From the NCBI GenBank assembly GCA_003242475.2, contig QGUN02000003.1, forward strand, positions 245 to 64,244: 64,000 nucleotides of DNA, given 5' to 3'. The stretch comes from Pseudomonadota bacterium (GTDB taxonomy: Bacteria > Myxococcota > Myxococcia > Myxococcales > Vulgatibacteraceae). The position numbers and the translations under genes were made by a program. The notes beneath the pieces are model-generated. The model made no database searches, was not told the DNA's origin, and saw nothing but the letters and a program-made list of their open reading frames with translations. Shown in pieces: positions 1 to 11,450 of this stretch (within the stretch, counting starts at the first letter, position 1; each line of letters opens with the position of its first letter).

Positions 1-132
1 AAGTCGAGGGAGCAGTTCGAGATCCGCACGCACAAGCGGCTTCTCGACATCCTCGAGCCCACGCAGGCCACGCTCGATGCTCTGATGAAGCTCGACCTCT
101 CCGCGGGCGTCGACGTGGAGATCAAGTCCTGA
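1..132 (+). CDS. rpsJ: 30S ribosomal protein S10, 3' end (partial, runs off the window start)
   Basis: Frame 1 reads [43 protein letters not shown]-stop. This matches the conserved S10 C-terminus (E. coli [41 protein letters not shown]). TGA at 130-132. Confidence 0.9.
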   Translation, partial: KSREQFEIRTHKRLLDILEPTQATLDALMKLDLSAGVDVEIKS

Positions 133-149
133 GGGGCGAGGGGAGTACC

Positions 150-788
150 ATGGCAACGTTCGACGTCTACAATCTCGAAAAGCAGAAGGTCGGCACCATC
201 GAACTGGCCGATTCCGTCTTCGCGGCCGAGGTCAACGAGTACCTGATCTGGGAGGTCGTGAAGATGCAGCAGGCCAACCGCCGCCGCGGCACCGTGGGCG
301 TCAAGAACCGCTCGCTGGTCTCCGGCGGTGGCAAGAAGCCGTGGCGCCAGAAGGGCACCGGCCGGGCCCGGCAGGGCTCGATCCGCGCCTCCCAGTGGGT
401 GGGCGGCGGCAAGGCGATGGCGCCGAAGATGCGGGATTATTTCTACCGGCCGCCGGCGAAGGTGCGAAAGGGCGCGCTGCGCTCCATCCTCTCGCTGCGG
501 GCGTCGGAGGGGAACCTCCTGCTGGTCGACAATTTCGACCTCGGGGAGATCAAGACCCAGAGGGCTCTCGAGGTCCTCGAAGCCAAGCTGGGGCTTCCCT
601 CCGCCCTCGTCGTCGTGGCCGGTGGCCCCGACGAGCGGGAGCGGGAGGTCGCGATCAAGTCGATTCGGAACCTCGCGGAGTTCGACGCTCTGCCGGTCGA
701 GGGCTTCAACGTCGAGGCGGCGCTTCGGCGGCCACACCTGGTCCTGACCACCGCCGCCGCCCGGCATCTCGAAGGAGTACTGTCGTGA
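150..788 (+). CDS. rplD: 50S ribosomal protein L4
   Basis: Track ORF 150..788. Carries the L4 signature [26 protein letters not shown] purine-rich RBS lies just upstream. Confidence 0.95.
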   Translation: MATFDVYNLEKQKVGTIELADSVFAAEVNEYLIWEVVKMQQANRRRGTVGVKNRSLVSGGGKKPWRQKGTGRARQGSIRASQWVGGGKAMAPKMRDYFYRPPAKVRKGALRSILSLRASEGNLLLVDNFDLGEIKTQRALEVLEAKLGLPSALVVVAGGPDEREREVAIKSIRNLAEFDALPVEGFNVEAALRRPHLVLTTAAARHLEGVLS

Positions 789-1075
789 GGCTCGAAGACG
801 TGATCCGGGGCCCCGTCCTCACCGAGAAGAGCGAGTGGGCCCGTGACAAGTACGGCGCCTACACCTTCGAGGTGGATCGCAGGGCGACCAAGGACGACAT
901 CAAGGCGGCGATCAAGCGGTTTTTCGGCGTCGACGTCGTGGACGTCCGTACCCAGATCGTCCGCGGGAAGAACAAGCGCGTCGGCCGGTTCGTCGGCCGT
1001 CGGCCCAATTGGAAGAAGGCGATCGTCGTGCTCAAGGAAGGGCAGTCGATCGACCTCTTCGACCTCGGGGCCTGA
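785..1075 (+). CDS. rplW: 50S ribosomal protein L23
   Basis: GTG at 785 overlaps the rplD stop (GTGA). Product reads [18 protein letters not shown]...[26 protein letters not shown]. It is the real 3' part of the longer track ORF 341..1075. Confidence 0.9.
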   Translation: MRLEDVIRGPVLTEKSEWARDKYGAYTFEVDRRATKDDIKAAIKRFFGVDVVDVRTQIVRGKNKRVGRFVGRRPNWKKAIVVLKEGQSIDLFDLGA

Positions 1076-1087
1076 GGGTAGGGAATC

Positions 1088-1915
1088 ATGGGTCTCAAGC
1101 ACTACAAGCCGACGAGCCCGGGCCGTCGGCTCATGACCACGCCGGATAACGCGGAGCTGACCAAGGGCAAGAAGCCCGAGCGCCGCCTGACCGTTCCGCT
1201 GCGCAAGACCGGCGGCCGCAACAACCACGGCCACATCACCTCGCGCCACATCGGTGGCGGCCACAAGCGGCGGTACCGGATCATCGACTGGAAGCGCGAC
1301 AAGGACGGGGTCGAGGGGAAGGTCGTCTCCATCGAGTACGATCCCAACCGGTCTGCGCGGATCGCGCTCGTCCAGTACGTCGACGGCGAGAAGCGGTACA
1401 TCCTCTGGCCGGAGGGCCTGAACGTCGGCGACAAGGTGGTCTCGGGCGAGGACGTCGACCCCAAGGTCGGCAACTCGCTTCCGCTGAAGTCGATCCCGCT
1501 CGGCGCGATGATCCACAACGTCGAGCTCAGGCCCGGCCGGGGCGGGCAGCTGATCCGCTCCGCAGGCACCGCGGGCCAGCTGATGGCCAAGGAGGGCAAG
1601 TACGCTCACATCCGCATGCCCTCCGGCGAAGTTCGCCTGGTGCTGCTCGAGTGCCGCGCCACCATCGGCGTCGTCGGCCACGGGGAGCATGGCACCGTGC
1701 GCATCGGCAAGGCCGGGCGAAGCCGGTGGCTGGGGCGTCGCCCGCGGGTCCGCGGCGTCGCCATGAACCCGGTGGATCATCCGCACGGCGGTGGCGAGGG
1801 CAAGGCGACTCAGGGTAATCCGCACCCCGTCACTCCGTGGGGCATGCCCACCAAGGGTTACAAGACCCGGAAGAACAAGAGGACCGACAAGTTCATCGTC
1901 AAGCGCCGCAAGTGA
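1088..1915 (+). CDS. rplB: 50S ribosomal protein L2
   Basis: Motifs [15 protein letters not shown] and [13 protein letters not shown], in the canonical position. Confidence 0.97.
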   Translation: MGLKHYKPTSPGRRLMTTPDNAELTKGKKPERRLTVPLRKTGGRNNHGHITSRHIGGGHKRRYRIIDWKRDKDGVEGKVVSIEYDPNRSARIALVQYVDGEKRYILWPEGLNVGDKVVSGEDVDPKVGNSLPLKSIPLGAMIHNVELRPGRGGQLIRSAGTAGQLMAKEGKYAHIRMPSGEVRLVLLECRATIGVVGHGEHGTVRIGKAGRSRWLGRRPRVRGVAMNPVDHPHGGGEGKATQGNPHPVTPWGMPTKGYKTRKNKRTDKFIVKRRK

Positions 1916-1978
1916 ATGCGGCATTGATCGGTCGGACCCACGGGCAATGGGGCTCGTGGGAGCCAAGGAACAGGTAAG

Positions 1979-2257
1979 ATGGCTCGTTCGCTCAAGAAGG
2001 GCCCGTTCGCCGATCCCCATCTCCTCCAGAAGGTGGAGGAGCTGAACCGGACCGGGCAGAAGAAGGTGATCAAGACCTGGTCGCGCCGGTCGACGATCTT
2101 CCCGGAGTTCGTGGGCCACACGTTCGCCGTCCACAACGGCAACAAGTTCGTTCCGGTCTTCGTGACCGAGAACATGGTCGGCCACAAGCTCGGGGAGTTC
2201 GCACCGACGCGCACCTTCGGTGGTCACGCGGCCGACAAGAAGGCGGGCCGCAAGTAA
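1979..2257 (+). CDS. rpsS: 30S ribosomal protein S19
   Basis: [10 protein letters not shown]...[34 protein letters not shown]. Confidence 0.97.
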   Translation: MARSLKKGPFADPHLLQKVEELNRTGQKKVIKTWSRRSTIFPEFVGHTFAVHNGNKFVPVFVTENMVGHKLGEFAPTRTFGGHAADKKAGRK

Positions 2258-2259
2258 GG

Positions 2260-2637
2260 ATGGTAACCATGGCGAGGAAGAAGGCTTTCGAGGGTGAGAT
2301 CGCCGCGACCGCCCGCCTTCGCTTCCTGCGGATGTCGCCCCGCAAGGTCCGGCTCGTCTGCGACGTGGTCCGGGGCAAGCAGGTCGAGGAGGCGTTGGCC
2401 ACGCTGCGGTTCACGCCCAAGGCGGCCGCGTTGCCGATCTCGAAGTTGATTCGCTCCGCGATCGCCAATGCGGAGCAGAAGAAGGAGAACCTCGACATCG
2501 ATCGCCTGTTCGTGAAGACGATCCGTGTCGACGAGGGGCCCACCCTGAAGCGTTGGCGGCCGCGTGCCCAGGGGCGGGCCACTCGGATCAACAAGCGGAC
2601 CAGCCACATCGTGGTCGAGCTTGGGGAGATGCGCTAG
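2260..2637 (+). CDS. rplV: 50S ribosomal protein L22
   Basis: [23 protein letters not shown]...[18 protein letters not shown]. An alternative ATG lies at 2269. Stop is TAG at 2635-2637. Confidence 0.95.
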   Translation: MVTMARKKAFEGEIAATARLRFLRMSPRKVRLVCDVVRGKQVEEALATLRFTPKAAALPISKLIRSAIANAEQKKENLDIDRLFVKTIRVDEGPTLKRWRPRAQGRATRINKRTSHIVVELGEMR

Positions 2638-3278
2638 TGGGTCAGAAAACGAATCCGATCGGACTGCGGCTCGGCGTCATCCGCGGCTGGGACTCCAGGT
2701 GGTACGAGGAGAAGAACTACGCGAAGTGGCTGCATGAGGACATCAAGATCCGGGAGTACGTGAAGGAGAAGCTCAAGCACGCGGGCATCTCCCGGGTCGA
2801 GATCGAGCGCGCAGCCAACAAGGTCAAGGTGAACGTGCATACCGCGCGGCCGGGTATCGTCATCGGCAAGCGCGGGGCGGGCATCGAGACCTTCAAGAAG
2901 GAGCTGCAGAAGCTCACGGAGAACGAGCTCTTCCTCAACATCATCGAGGTTCGCAAGCCGGAACTCGATGCGCAGCTCATCGCGGAGAACGTCTGCACCC
3001 AGCTCGAGCGGCGGATCGCCTTCCGCCGTGCCATGAAGAAGGCGGTTTCCACCGCCATGAAGTTCGGGGCCAAGGGGATCCGGATCTCCTGCTCGGGACG
3101 GCTCGGCGGCGCCGAGATGGCGCGGTACGAGTGGTACCGCGAGGGCCGGGTTCCCCTCCACACCCTGCGGGCCGACATCGACTATGGCTTCGCCGAGGCC
3201 TACACGACCTACGGCACCATCGGCTGCAAGGTCTGGGTGATGAAGGGCGAGATCCTCCCGGAGGCGAACGCCAAGTGA
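2637..3278 (+). CDS. rpsC: 30S ribosomal protein S3
   Basis: GTG at 2637 overlaps the rplV stop by 1 nt. Product begins [23 protein letters not shown] with KH and S3-C regions. It is the in-frame part of track ORF 2553..3278. Confidence 0.95.
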   Translation: MGQKTNPIGLRLGVIRGWDSRWYEEKNYAKWLHEDIKIREYVKEKLKHAGISRVEIERAANKVKVNVHTARPGIVIGKRGAGIETFKKELQKLTENELFLNIIEVRKPELDAQLIAENVCTQLERRIAFRRAMKKAVSTAMKFGAKGIRISCSGRLGGAEMARYEWYREGRVPLHTLRADIDYGFAEAYTTYGTIGCKVWVMKGEILPEANAK

Positions 3279-3358
3279 AGGCGGGCAGGCTCTTGACCTC
3301 GGCGCGCGTTCATGCCATGTACGCGCGCTCGCCCGCTCCAGGAGCAAGGTAGAGAACA

Positions 3359-3778
3359 ATGCTTCAGCCAGCGAGAACGAAGTGGCGCAAGCAGCAGAAG
3401 GGGCGGATGAAGGGCACGGCCTACCGCGGCGCGACCCTCGCCTTCGGTGAGATCGGCCTGCAGGCGACCACCTGCGGCTGGGTCACCGCCCGCCAGATCG
3501 AGGCGGCCCGTATCGCCATCAGCCGCCACCTCAAGAGAGGCGGGAAGATCTGGATCCGCATCTTCCCGGACAAGCCCGTGACCTCCAAGCCGGCCGAGGT
3601 TCGTATGGGTGCGGGCAAGGGCTCCGTCGACCACTACGTGGCCGTCGTCAAGCCGGGCCGCATCCTCTACGAGATCCAGGGCGTGAACGAGGAGGTCGCC
3701 CGCGAGGCCCTCCGCCTGGCGGCCTTCAAGCTGCCGGTCCGTACCAAGATCGTCCGTCGCGAGACGGTGGGGCTTTGA
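3359..3778 (+). CDS. rplP: 50S ribosomal protein L16
   Basis: [19 protein letters not shown]...[25 protein letters not shown]. Confidence 0.97.
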   Translation: MLQPARTKWRKQQKGRMKGTAYRGATLAFGEIGLQATTCGWVTARQIEAARIAISRHLKRGGKIWIRIFPDKPVTSKPAEVRMGAGKGSVDHYVAVVKPGRILYEIQGVNEEVAREALRLAAFKLPVRTKIVRRETVGL

Positions 3779-3978
3779 CGATGAAGGCACAGGAGCTTAG
3801 GGCTCTCTCGAAGGAGGAGCTGCAGAAGAGGCTCGCCGAGCTTCGGGCAAACCTCTTCGATCTCCGCATGAAGCTCCGGACGGGGCGGCTCGACTCCACT
3901 GCGGACATCGGAAAGACGCGGAAGGAGATCGCCAGGACCCTCACGGTGCTGCGTGAGAAGGAGCTGGGAATCCGCTAG
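3775..3978 (+). CDS. rpmC: 50S ribosomal protein L29
   Basis: [27 protein letters not shown]. Overlaps rplP by 4 nt. TAG stop. Confidence 0.9.
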   Translation: MTMKAQELRALSKEELQKRLAELRANLFDLRMKLRTGRLDSTADIGKTRKEIARTLTVLREKELGIR

Positions 3979-4012
3979 GCCCGGAGACTCTCGGAGCCAA
4001 GGAAGGTTGCAA

Positions 4013-4270
4013 ATGCGCGGAAGACCGAAGGTCAGGATCGGCATCGTCACCTCGAACAAGATGGACAAGACCGTCGTCGTTCGGGTGGAGCGCCGGGTCA
4101 AGCATCCGCAGTACGGCAAGTACGTGACGCGCCATGTGAAGTACAAGGCGCACGACGAGCACAACTCCTGCCAGATCGGCGACAAGGTCCGGATCATCGA
4201 GACCCGGCCCCTGTCGAAGGACAAGCGCTGGCGGGTGGTGGAGAGGTTGGTTCCCGCGAGCGGGAGCTGA
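4013..4270 (+). CDS. rpsQ: 30S ribosomal protein S17
   Basis: ATG at 4013 follows GGAAGG at 4001. Product reads [37 protein letters not shown]. The track ORF 3953..4270 is N-terminally over-extended. Confidence 0.9.
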   Translation: MRGRPKVRIGIVTSNKMDKTVVVRVERRVKHPQYGKYVTRHVKYKAHDEHNSCQIGDKVRIIETRPLSKDKRWRVVERLVPASGS

Positions 4271-4324
4271 GGTTTTCGGCCGCGGACAGGCGCGAAAGCG
4301 AACCGTCCGCGGGAGGAGTGAGTC

Positions 4325-4693
4325 ATGATTCAGGCCACAACCGTTCTCGACGTGGCGGACAACTCCGGCGCGCGCAAGGTGATGTGCATCAAGGTGCTGG
4401 GCGGGTCGCGTCGTCGCTACGCCAGCGTCGGGGACGTGATCGTCGTCTCGGTCAAGGAGGCGATCCCCCACGCGAAGGTGAAGAAGGGCGACGTCCAGCG
4501 CGCCGTCGTCGTTCGCACCAAGGCGCCGGTGGCCCGCCCGGACGGAAGCTACATCAAGTTCGACACCAACAGCGCCGTTCTCATCAGCAAGGACGGGGAG
4601 CCGATCGGCACGCGCATCTTCGGGCCGGTCGCGCGCGAGCTTCGGGCGAAGAGGTTCATGAAGATCATCTCGCTCGCCCCGGAGGTGCTCTGA
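4325..4693 (+). CDS. rplN: 50S ribosomal protein L14
   Basis: [28 protein letters not shown]. Confidence 0.97.
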   Translation: MIQATTVLDVADNSGARKVMCIKVLGGSRRRYASVGDVIVVSVKEAIPHAKVKKGDVQRAVVVRTKAPVARPDGSYIKFDTNSAVLISKDGEPIGTRIFGPVARELRAKRFMKIISLAPEVL

Positions 4694-4694
4694 G

Positions 4695-5012
4695 ATGCGC
4701 ATCAAGAAGGGCGACACCGTGAAGGTGATCTCGGGCGCCCACAAGGGGAAGGTCGGGAAGGTCCTGGAGATCGATCGGCGCAAGATGCGGGCGCGGGTCG
4801 AGGGCGTGGCGATCGTCAAGCGCCACGTCAAGCCGGGACGCAACCCGGCCATGCCCGAGGGCGGCATCATCGAGAAGCCGGGGACGATCCACGTCTCCAA
4901 TCTGATGATCGTCGACCCGAAGACCAACGTCCCGACGCGGATCGGGATGAAGTTCCTCGAGGATGGCAAGAAGGTGCGGGTTTCCAAGCGCACCGGCGAG
5001 GTTCTGGACTGA
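4695..5012 (+). CDS. rplX: 50S ribosomal protein L24
   Basis: KOW motif [26 protein letters not shown]. Confidence 0.95.
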   Translation: MRIKKGDTVKVISGAHKGKVGKVLEIDRRKMRARVEGVAIVKRHVKPGRNPAMPEGGIIEKPGTIHVSNLMIVDPKTNVPTRIGMKFLEDGKKVRVSKRTGEVLD

Positions 5013-5064
5013 GTTTCTGATCCGTCGGTGGTAGGCACGAACACCGGCGGAAGCAGGAGAGATC

Positions 5065-5610
5065 ATGAGCATGCCCGCACTCCGGGAGCGCTACCTCAAG
5101 GAGGTCGTCCCGGCCCTGATGAAGGACTTCGGGTACAAGAGCCCGATGCAGGTTCCGCGCCTCGAGAAGATCGTGGTCAACATGGGCCTCGGGGAGGCGC
5201 TGGTCAATTCGAAGATCCTCGACTCGGCGCTCGCCGAGCTCGCGCAGATCACGGGCCAGAAGCCGGTGGCCACCCGCGCCCGCAAGTCGATCGCCAACTT
5301 CAAGCTTCGTGCGGGACAGGCGATCGGCGCGATGGTCACGCTGCGCGCGAACCGGATGTACGAGTTCCTGGAGCGGCTGATCTACTTCGCCCTGCCGCGC
5401 GTTCGCGATTTTCGCGGCGTGTCCAGTCGGGCCTTCGACGGGCGGGGCAACTACACGCTGGGCATTCGGGAGCAGATCATCTTCCCCGAGATCGACTACG
5501 ACAAGGTCGAGAAGGTCAAGGGGATGAACGTCACCATCGTGACGACCGCTCGGACGGACGAGGAGGGCCGGGCGCTCCTGAAGTACCTGGGGATGCCGTT
5601 CCGCTCCTGA
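5065..5610 (+). CDS. rplE: 50S ribosomal protein L5
   Basis: [40 protein letters not shown]. Confidence 0.95.
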   Translation: MSMPALRERYLKEVVPALMKDFGYKSPMQVPRLEKIVVNMGLGEALVNSKILDSALAELAQITGQKPVATRARKSIANFKLRAGQAIGAMVTLRANRMYEFLERLIYFALPRVRDFRGVSSRAFDGRGNYTLGIREQIIFPEIDYDKVEKVKGMNVTIVTTARTDEEGRALLKYLGMPFRS

Positions 5611-5625
5611 GCAAGGGGAAAGATC

Positions 5626-5811
5626 GTGGCGAAAGTCTCGAAGATGGTGGCAGCGACCCGCAAGCCGAAGTTCAAGGTCCGGCAGCACAACCGCTGCCCG
5701 CTCTGCGGGCGGCCGCGTGCCTTCCTCCGGAAGTTCCAGATGTGCCGGATCTGCTTCCGGATGCGGGCGCTCCGCGGCGAGATCCCTGGTGTGACCAAGT
5801 CCTCCTGGTAA
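5626..5811 (+). CDS. rpsN: 30S ribosomal protein S14, short zinc-binding type Z
   Basis: 61 aa with two CxxC pairs ([10 protein letters not shown]...CRICFR) and a C-terminal KSSW. Confidence 0.95.
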   Translation: MAKVSKMVAATRKPKFKVRQHNRCPLCGRPRAFLRKFQMCRICFRMRALRGEIPGVTKSSW

Positions 5812-5892
5812 GGGAGGCGTACGCGGCCCGCGACCGGACCACCGCATGGTGCGGCGAGGCGGGGCGGGCCCCATCGAGATGGGAAAATTCCG

Positions 5893-6291
5893 ATGGCCAA
5901 CGTAACCGATCCGATCGCCGACATGCTGGCCCGCATTCGCAATGCGGGCATGGCGCGGCACGAGAAGGCGGTGATCCCGGCCAGCAAGCTGAAGCTGGCG
6001 ATCATCGACGTCCTCAAGCGCGAGGGCTACATCGAGAACTACTTCGTCCACGAGGACGGAAAGCAGGGCGAGATCACCGTCTTCCTGAAGTACCACGAGG
6101 GGAAGCCGGTGATCCGGAGCCTGCGGCGCGTTTCGCGTCCCGGACGGCGCTGGTACGTGGGGAAGGACGAGATCCCGCGCGTCCTCGGCGGGCTGGGCAT
6201 CGCGATCCTCTCCACGAGCAAGGGAGTGATGGTCGACCGCGAGGCTCGCAAGGCCGGCGTCGGCGGCGAGCTCCTCTGCACCGTGTACTGA
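5893..6291 (+). CDS. rpsH: 30S ribosomal protein S8
   Basis: [23 protein letters not shown]. Confidence 0.97.
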   Translation: MANVTDPIADMLARIRNAGMARHEKAVIPASKLKLAIIDVLKREGYIENYFVHEDGKQGEITVFLKYHEGKPVIRSLRRVSRPGRRWYVGKDEIPRVLGGLGIAILSTSKGVMVDREARKAGVGGELLCTVY

Positions 6292-6304
6292 TCGGAGGCC
6301 GAAG

Positions 6305-6844
6305 ATGTCTCGCATTGGAAAGCGTCCGGTTCAGATCCCGGATAAGGTGAAGGTGGAGGTCGCGGCCAACGTCGTGCGGGTGCAGGGGCCCAAGGGCTCC
6401 CTCGAGGTCCCGGTGGGTAGGGGCGTGCAGGTGGCGGTCGAGGACGGCCAGATCGTCGTTCGGCGCAACGACGACGAGGCGCCGACCCGTGCCATGCAGG
6501 GGCTGACCCGCAGCCTCCTCAACAACGCGGTTCAGGGTGTTTCCGTGGGGTTCTCCCGGACCCTGGAGATCAACGGCGTGGGCTACCGCGCCGAACTCAA
6601 GGGCAAGGAGCTCCACTTGACCCTGGGGCTTTCGCACCCGGTGGTCTATCCGCTCCCGGAGGGCGTGTCGGCGACGGTGGAGCGGCAGACGGTGGTCACG
6701 CTCACCAGCCACGACAAGCAGCTTCTGGGGCAGGTGGCGGACAAGATCCGCTCCTTCAGGCCGCCGGAGCCTTACAAGGGCAAGGGCATCAAGTACGCCG
6801 ACGAGGTGATCCGGCGCAAGCAGGGCAAGGCCGGCAGCGCCTGA
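6305..6844 (+). CDS. rplF: 50S ribosomal protein L6
   Basis: [19 protein letters not shown]...[14 protein letters not shown]. Confidence 0.97.
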   Translation: MSRIGKRPVQIPDKVKVEVAANVVRVQGPKGSLEVPVGRGVQVAVEDGQIVVRRNDDEAPTRAMQGLTRSLLNNAVQGVSVGFSRTLEINGVGYRAELKGKELHLTLGLSHPVVYPLPEGVSATVERQTVVTLTSHDKQLLGQVADKIRSFRPPEPYKGKGIKYADEVIRRKQGKAGSA

Positions 6845-6866
6845 GGCGAAGGCTACGGGTGGAGAG

Positions 6867-7238
6867 ATGGCACGAGTTCACGATCGCAATCTGACCGCGC
6901 GCGAGCGGCGGGCGAGGCGGATTCGAAAGAAGATTTCGGGAACGCCCGAGCGGCCGCGGCTCAGCGTCTACAAGAGCAACAAGCACATCTACGCCCAGGT
7001 GATCGACGATACGGTGGGCAAGACGCTGGCGTTTGCGTCCACGCTGAGCAAGGAGATCCGCGAAAAGGTGGCCGAGGCGACCAAGTCGGAGGCCGCGCGG
7101 CTGGTGGGCCAGCTCGTCGCGGAGAAGGCGAAGGCTGCGCAGGTCACGCGCGTCGTCTTCGACCGCAACGGCTTCCCCTACCACGGCCGGCTTGCCGTCC
7201 TGGCCGATGCGGCCCGCGAGGCGGGATTGGAGTTCTGA
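6867..7238 (+). CDS. rplR: 50S ribosomal protein L18
   Basis: [20 protein letters not shown]...[26 protein letters not shown]. Confidence 0.95.
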   Translation: MARVHDRNLTARERRARRIRKKISGTPERPRLSVYKSNKHIYAQVIDDTVGKTLAFASTLSKEIREKVAEATKSEAARLVGQLVAEKAKAAQVTRVVFDRNGFPYHGRLAVLADAAREAGLEF

Positions 7239-7239
7239 G

Positions 7240-7752
7240 ATGTCGAAGCAGCCGATCAATCCGAACGAGCTCGACCTCACCGAGCGGGTCGTCAGCATCA
7301 ACCGCGTCGCCAAGGTGGTGAAGGGTGGCCGGCGCTTCAGCTTCTCGGCGCTGGTCGTCGTCGGCGACGGCAACGGGCACGTCGGCGTCGGCCTGGGCAA
7401 GGCGAACGAGGTGCCGGAGGCCATCCGCAAGGGCGGGGAGCAGGCGAAGAAGAACCTGATCCGGGTTCCTCTCGCCGGCTCGACGCTGCCCCACGAGGCG
7501 GTCGGCAAGTTCGGCTCCGGCGAGGTCCTGCTCAAGCCGGCCTCCGAGGGTACCGGTGTCATCGCGGGTGGCGCGGTGCGCGCGGTCCTGGAGGCTGCCG
7601 GCGTGCGCAACGTCCTGACGAAGATCCTCGGTAGCCGCAATCCTCACAACGTCCTCAAGGCCGTCATGGACGGACTGATGCAGATGCGGTCTCCGGACGA
7701 GATTGCGAGGATGCGCGGCAAGGACGTCAAGGAGATCCTGCCCTCGGCCTGA
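7240..7752 (+). CDS. rpsE: 30S ribosomal protein S5
   Basis: ATG at 7240, 2 nt after the rplR stop. Product contains [49 protein letters not shown]. Track ORF 7192..7752 is over-extended. Confidence 0.95.
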   Translation: MSKQPINPNELDLTERVVSINRVAKVVKGGRRFSFSALVVVGDGNGHVGVGLGKANEVPEAIRKGGEQAKKNLIRVPLAGSTLPHEAVGKFGSGEVLLKPASEGTGVIAGGAVRAVLEAAGVRNVLTKILGSRNPHNVLKAVMDGLMQMRSPDEIARMRGKDVKEILPSA

Positions 7753-7775
7753 CGGCCGGCCAGTCGAGGACGAAG

Positions 7776-8015
7776 ATGGCGCTCAAGGTCAAGTTGGTCC
7801 GTTCCACGGCCAGCCGCCCCGAGGATCAGCGGAAGACGGTCCTGGGGCTTGGCCTCAAGAAGCTCAACCAGGAGAGAATCCTGCAGGATACCCCCGCCAT
7901 CCGCGGCATGATCGCCAAGGTCTCGCACCTGGTTTCCTGGGAGGAGGTCGAGGGCGAGGCTCCCGTCCGCGCGCGCAGGCAGCGGAAGGCCGCGACGAAG
8001 GCGAAGGAGGAATGA
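7776..8015 (+). CDS. rpmD: 50S ribosomal protein L30, with a basic C-terminal tail
   Basis: [30 protein letters not shown], then about 20 extra residues ([19 protein letters not shown]). Confidence 0.9.
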   Translation: MALKVKLVRSTASRPEDQRKTVLGLGLKKLNQERILQDTPAIRGMIAKVSHLVSWEEVEGEAPVRARRQRKAATKAKEE

Positions 8016-8018
8016 AAG

Positions 8019-8501
8019 GTGGGAACGACTCTTCACAACCTCCGGGCCCCGGAAGGTTCGCGCAAGCGGAAGAAGCGGGTCGGCAGGGGGCCGGGTTCCG
8101 GCCTGGGCAAGACCTCCGGTCGCGGGCACAAGGGGCAGAAGGCGCGCTCCGGTCGCATGAACGTCGCCGGCTTCGAGGGCGGTCAGATGCCGTTGCAGCG
8201 GAGGCTGCCGAAGTTCGGCTTCAAGAATCCGTTCCGCGTGGAGTACGTCCCGGTCAATCTCGAACGGCTCGACGCGCTTTTCGAGGACGGCGCGACCGTC
8301 GACCCGCAGGTCCTGTACGACAAGGGCGTGATCTCGAAGAAGGACGCCCTCGTGAAAATTCTCGCCCGCGGGCAGATCTCGAAGAAGATCGCGGTTACGG
8401 CCCATGCGTTCTCCCGCAAGGCGAAGGAAGCGATCGAGAACGCCGGCGGTTCCGTCACGGTGATCGGAGCGCCCGCGGAGGCGGGTGCCGCGCAGGGGTG
8501 A
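8019..8501 (+). CDS. rplO: 50S ribosomal protein L15
   Basis: GTG start at 8019. Contains [26 protein letters not shown]. Confidence 0.95.
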   Translation: MGTTLHNLRAPEGSRKRKKRVGRGPGSGLGKTSGRGHKGQKARSGRMNVAGFEGGQMPLQRRLPKFGFKNPFRVEYVPVNLERLDALFEDGATVDPQVLYDKGVISKKDALVKILARGQISKKIAVTAHAFSRKAKEAIENAGGSVTVIGAPAEAGAAQG

Positions 8502-9873
8502 GGGCGGCGTGACGGTCCCTCGCCCTTCGAAGGGGAGAAACTTGTTCGAGGCCATCGCGAACGTCTTCCGGATCCAGGAGCTGAGGAATCGGCTCCTCTT
8601 CACGCTGGGGCTGCTCGCGGTCTACCGGCTTGGAGTCTTCATCACCGTTCCTGGTATCGACCAGGAGGCGATGCAGGGCTTCATCCAGTCGCAGGGCGGG
8701 CTGCTCGGTCTCTTCAACCTCTTCTCGGGTGGTGCGATCGAGCAGGCGTCGATCTTCGCCCTCGGCATCATGCCCTACATCTCCGCCAGCATCATCATGC
8801 AGCTCTTGGCGGTGGTGGTGCCGGCGCTCGAGCAGCTGCAGAAGGAAGGGGAGCTCGGACGGCGGAAGATCAACCAGTACACCCGGTACGGAACCGTCGT
8901 CCTCGCCTCCATCCAGGGCCTCGCGATGGCCTTTCTGCTGGAGGGCCAGGGGGTGGGCGACCCCTCCGGCACGATGCAGAGCATCGTGATCAATCCGGGC
9001 TGGGGCTTCCGCTTCATGACGGTGGTCACGCTCATCGCCGGCACCGCCTTCATCATGTGGCTGGGCGAGCAGATCACCGAGCGGGGCATCGGCAACGGCA
9101 TCTCGCTCATCATCTTCGCCGGCATCGTCGCCCGGCTGCCGGACGCGCTCTTCCAGACGGCGCAGTGGTATCGGACCGGCCAGCTCGACGAGTTCGCGAT
9201 CTTCATGCTCGCGGTCATCGTCGTCGCGGCGATCGGCGCCGTGGTCTTCGTGGAGCGGGGCCAGCGGCGGATCCCCGTCCAGTACGCCAAGCGCGTGGTC
9301 GGGCGTCAGACCGTCGGCGGACAGACCACGCACCTGCCGCTGAAGGTCAATACCTCCGGGGTGATCCCGCCCATCTTCGCCTCGTCGATCCTCCTCGTCC
9401 CGGCGACGCTGGCGAGCTGGATCCCGGCGATGAAGGGCTTCTCGGACGTGATGCAGCGGGGCGGGTGGGAGTACAACACGCTCTACGTGCTGCTGATCAT
9501 CTTCTTCGCCTTCTTCTACACCGCGGTGACTTTCAACCCGGTCGACGTGGCGGACAACCTGAAGAAGAACGGGGGCTACATCCCCGGCATCCGCCCGGGC
9601 AAGAAGACGGCGGAGTACATCGACCGCGTTCTCACCCGGCTGACCACCGGCGGCGCGATCTACCTGGCGATCGTCTGTGTCTTGCCGACGATCCTCATCA
9701 ACACCTTCAACACGCCCTTCTTCTTCGGCGGCACGGCGCTGCTCATCGTGGTGGGCGTGGCATTGGATACGGTGCAGCAGATCGAGGGCCACCTGATCAC
9801 GAGGCACTACGAGGGCTTCACCGGGGCTCGCGGCCCGCGGATCCGCGGGCGGCGCATGGCCGGCGTTCGCTGA
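8485..9873 (+). CDS. secY: Preprotein translocase subunit SecY
   Basis: [28 protein letters not shown] and ten hydrophobic segments. The start is uncertain. Candidates are GTG 8485 (track), GTG 8509, or TTG 8542 preceded by GGGGAG, which gives a more typical N-terminus. Confidence 0.93.
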   Translation: MPRRGEGGVTVPRPSKGRNLFEAIANVFRIQELRNRLLFTLGLLAVYRLGVFITVPGIDQEAMQGFIQSQGGLLGLFNLFSGGAIEQASIFALGIMPYISASIIMQLLAVVVPALEQLQKEGELGRRKINQYTRYGTVVLASIQGLAMAFLLEGQGVGDPSGTMQSIVINPGWGFRFMTVVTLIAGTAFIMWLGEQITERGIGNGISLIIFAGIVARLPDALFQTAQWYRTGQLDEFAIFMLAVIVVAAIGAVVFVERGQRRIPVQYAKRVVGRQTVGGQTTHLPLKVNTSGVIPPIFASSILLVPATLASWIPAMKGFSDVMQRGGWEYNTLYVLLIIFFAFFYTAVTFNPVDVADNLKKNGGYIPGIRPGKKTAEYIDRVLTRLTTGGAIYLAIVCVLPTILINTFNTPFFFGGTALLIVVGVALDTVQQIEGHLITRHYEGFTGARGPRIRGRRMAGVR

Positions 9874-9961
9874 GCCCGGCCCGCGATCGGATCTCCGGGG
9901 CGCTCGCCATGCGGTGGCGCCCCGGACGTCTTTGTTGCGACGGATTTTCGGGAGCCAAGAG

Positions 9962-10606
9962 ATGAATCTGGTCTTTCTGGGACCCGCGGGTTCGGGGAAG
10001 GGTACCCAGGCCAAGCGGCTGGAGGCGGACTACCGCATCACACAGATCTCGACCGGCGACCTCCTGAGGAACGCGGTGCGGGAGGGAACGGAGCTGGGCA
10101 AGCAGGCCGAGCCCCTGATGCGGGAGGGGCGCCTCGTGCCCGACGACCTCGTCATCGGCCTCATCGAGGAGCGTCTCGCCCGGGGCGATATCGAAAACGG
10201 GATCCTCTTCGACGGCTTCCCGCGCACCCTGCCGCAGGCCGAGGCTCTCGATGCAGCGCTGACCCGGCTGGGGCTGAAGATGGACAAGGTGATCAGCCTG
10301 GAGGTCCCCGAGGAGATCCTCGTCGATCGCGTGACCGGCCGGCGCAGCTGCCCCGTCTGCGGCTCCGTCTACCACGTTCGGACGCGGCCTCCGAAGGTGG
10401 AGGGGCGGTGCGACCTGGACGGCACCGAGCTGATCCAGCGCTCGGACGATACGGCGGAAAAGCTGGAAAAGCGTCTGGAGGTCTTCCGCACCGAGATCCC
10501 GAAGGTGAAGGAGTACTACCGAAAGAAGGGGCTCCTGGCCGAGGTCGATGGCACGGGGAATCCCGAGGAGGTCTACGAGCGGATCCGGCAGGCGGTGGAG
10601 AGCTGA
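9962..10606 (+). CDS. adk: Adenylate kinase with a Cys3-Asp zinc lid
   Basis: ATG at 9962 gives MNLVFLGPAGSGKGTQAKRL. Lid sequence is CPVCGSVYH...CDLDG. Track ORF 9914..10606 is over-extended. Confidence 0.95.
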   Translation: MNLVFLGPAGSGKGTQAKRLEADYRITQISTGDLLRNAVREGTELGKQAEPLMREGRLVPDDLVIGLIEERLARGDIENGILFDGFPRTLPQAEALDAALTRLGLKMDKVISLEVPEEILVDRVTGRRSCPVCGSVYHVRTRPPKVEGRCDLDGTELIQRSDDTAEKLEKRLEVFRTEIPKVKEYYRKKGLLAEVDGTGNPEEVYERIRQAVES

Positions 10607-10609
10607 TCG

Positions 10610-11380
10610 ATGGGCGTGATGCGCAAGAGCGCCGCGGAGATCGAGCGGATGCGGGAGACGGGGCGGGTGGTCGCCCGGATCCTGCAGGAGATCGCCGCCG
10701 CGGTGCGTCCCGGGGTGAGCACCGGCGAGCTCGACGAGATGGCGGAGGAGCTCGTGCGCAAGCACGGGGCGAAGCCAGCCTTCAAGGGATACTCCCAGGG
10801 CGGGAAGGTCCCCTTCCCGGGCGTGATCTGCGCCTCGATCAACGACGAGGTCGTCCACGGCATCCCCTCCCGGAAGCGGATCCTTCGCGAAGGCGACGTC
10901 TTCAGCGTGGACTTCGGCGTGGTGCTCGACGGCTGGTACGGCGACTCGGCGATCACGCTCCCCGTCGGGCGGGTTTCGGAGAAGGCAGCGCGGCTGATCG
11001 AGGTGACGCGCCGCGCCCTGGAGATCGGGATCCAGGCGGCGATCCCGGGAAATCGGATTTACGACATCGGCGCCGCCATCCAGGCTCACGTGGAGAGCCA
11101 CGGCTTTTCCGTGGTCCGCGATTTCGTGGGACATGGGATCGGCCGGAGGTTGCACGAGGACCCGCAGGTCCCCAACTACGGCCCCGGCGGGAAGGGCATT
11201 CGCCTCAAGCCGGGGATGGTCCTGGCCATCGAGCCGATGGTCAACGAGGGGACGTGGGAGGTCGAGGAGCTGGAGGACGGCTGGACCGCGGTCACCGCGG
11301 ACCGGAAGCTGTCGGCTCATTTTGAACACACGGTGGCCATCACCGAGGACGGGCCAGAGATCTTGACTCTCCCCGACTAG
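10610..11380 (+). CDS. map: Methionine aminopeptidase type I
   Basis: VVHGIP...DVFSVDFG...GHGIGRRLHE...AIEPMVNEG...HFEHTVAIT. Alternative ATG at 10619. Confidence 0.95.
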   Translation: MGVMRKSAAEIERMRETGRVVARILQEIAAAVRPGVSTGELDEMAEELVRKHGAKPAFKGYSQGGKVPFPGVICASINDEVVHGIPSRKRILREGDVFSVDFGVVLDGWYGDSAITLPVGRVSEKAARLIEVTRRALEIGIQAAIPGNRIYDIGAAIQAHVESHGFSVVRDFVGHGIGRRLHEDPQVPNYGPGGKGIRLKPGMVLAIEPMVNEGTWEVEELEDGWTAVTADRKLSAHFEHTVAITEDGPEILTLPD

Positions 11381-11450
11381 GTAGGCCTTGCCGACGGGCG
11401 ACAAACGTGATATGGCCCGCCGGCTTCGAGGTCACCGTACGGAGCGAGCG

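Noticed and set aside
443-2227. Long antisense ORFs across the ribosomal protein cluster, for example 443-2227, 3941-5044, 4867-6315, 8455-10014, 9818-11404 and 13061-14836 (all minus strand).
   Set aside because: They lie opposite highly conserved ribosomal, secY and rpoA genes. They show no recognisable motifs, and their composition is typical of antisense reading of GC3-rich genes.
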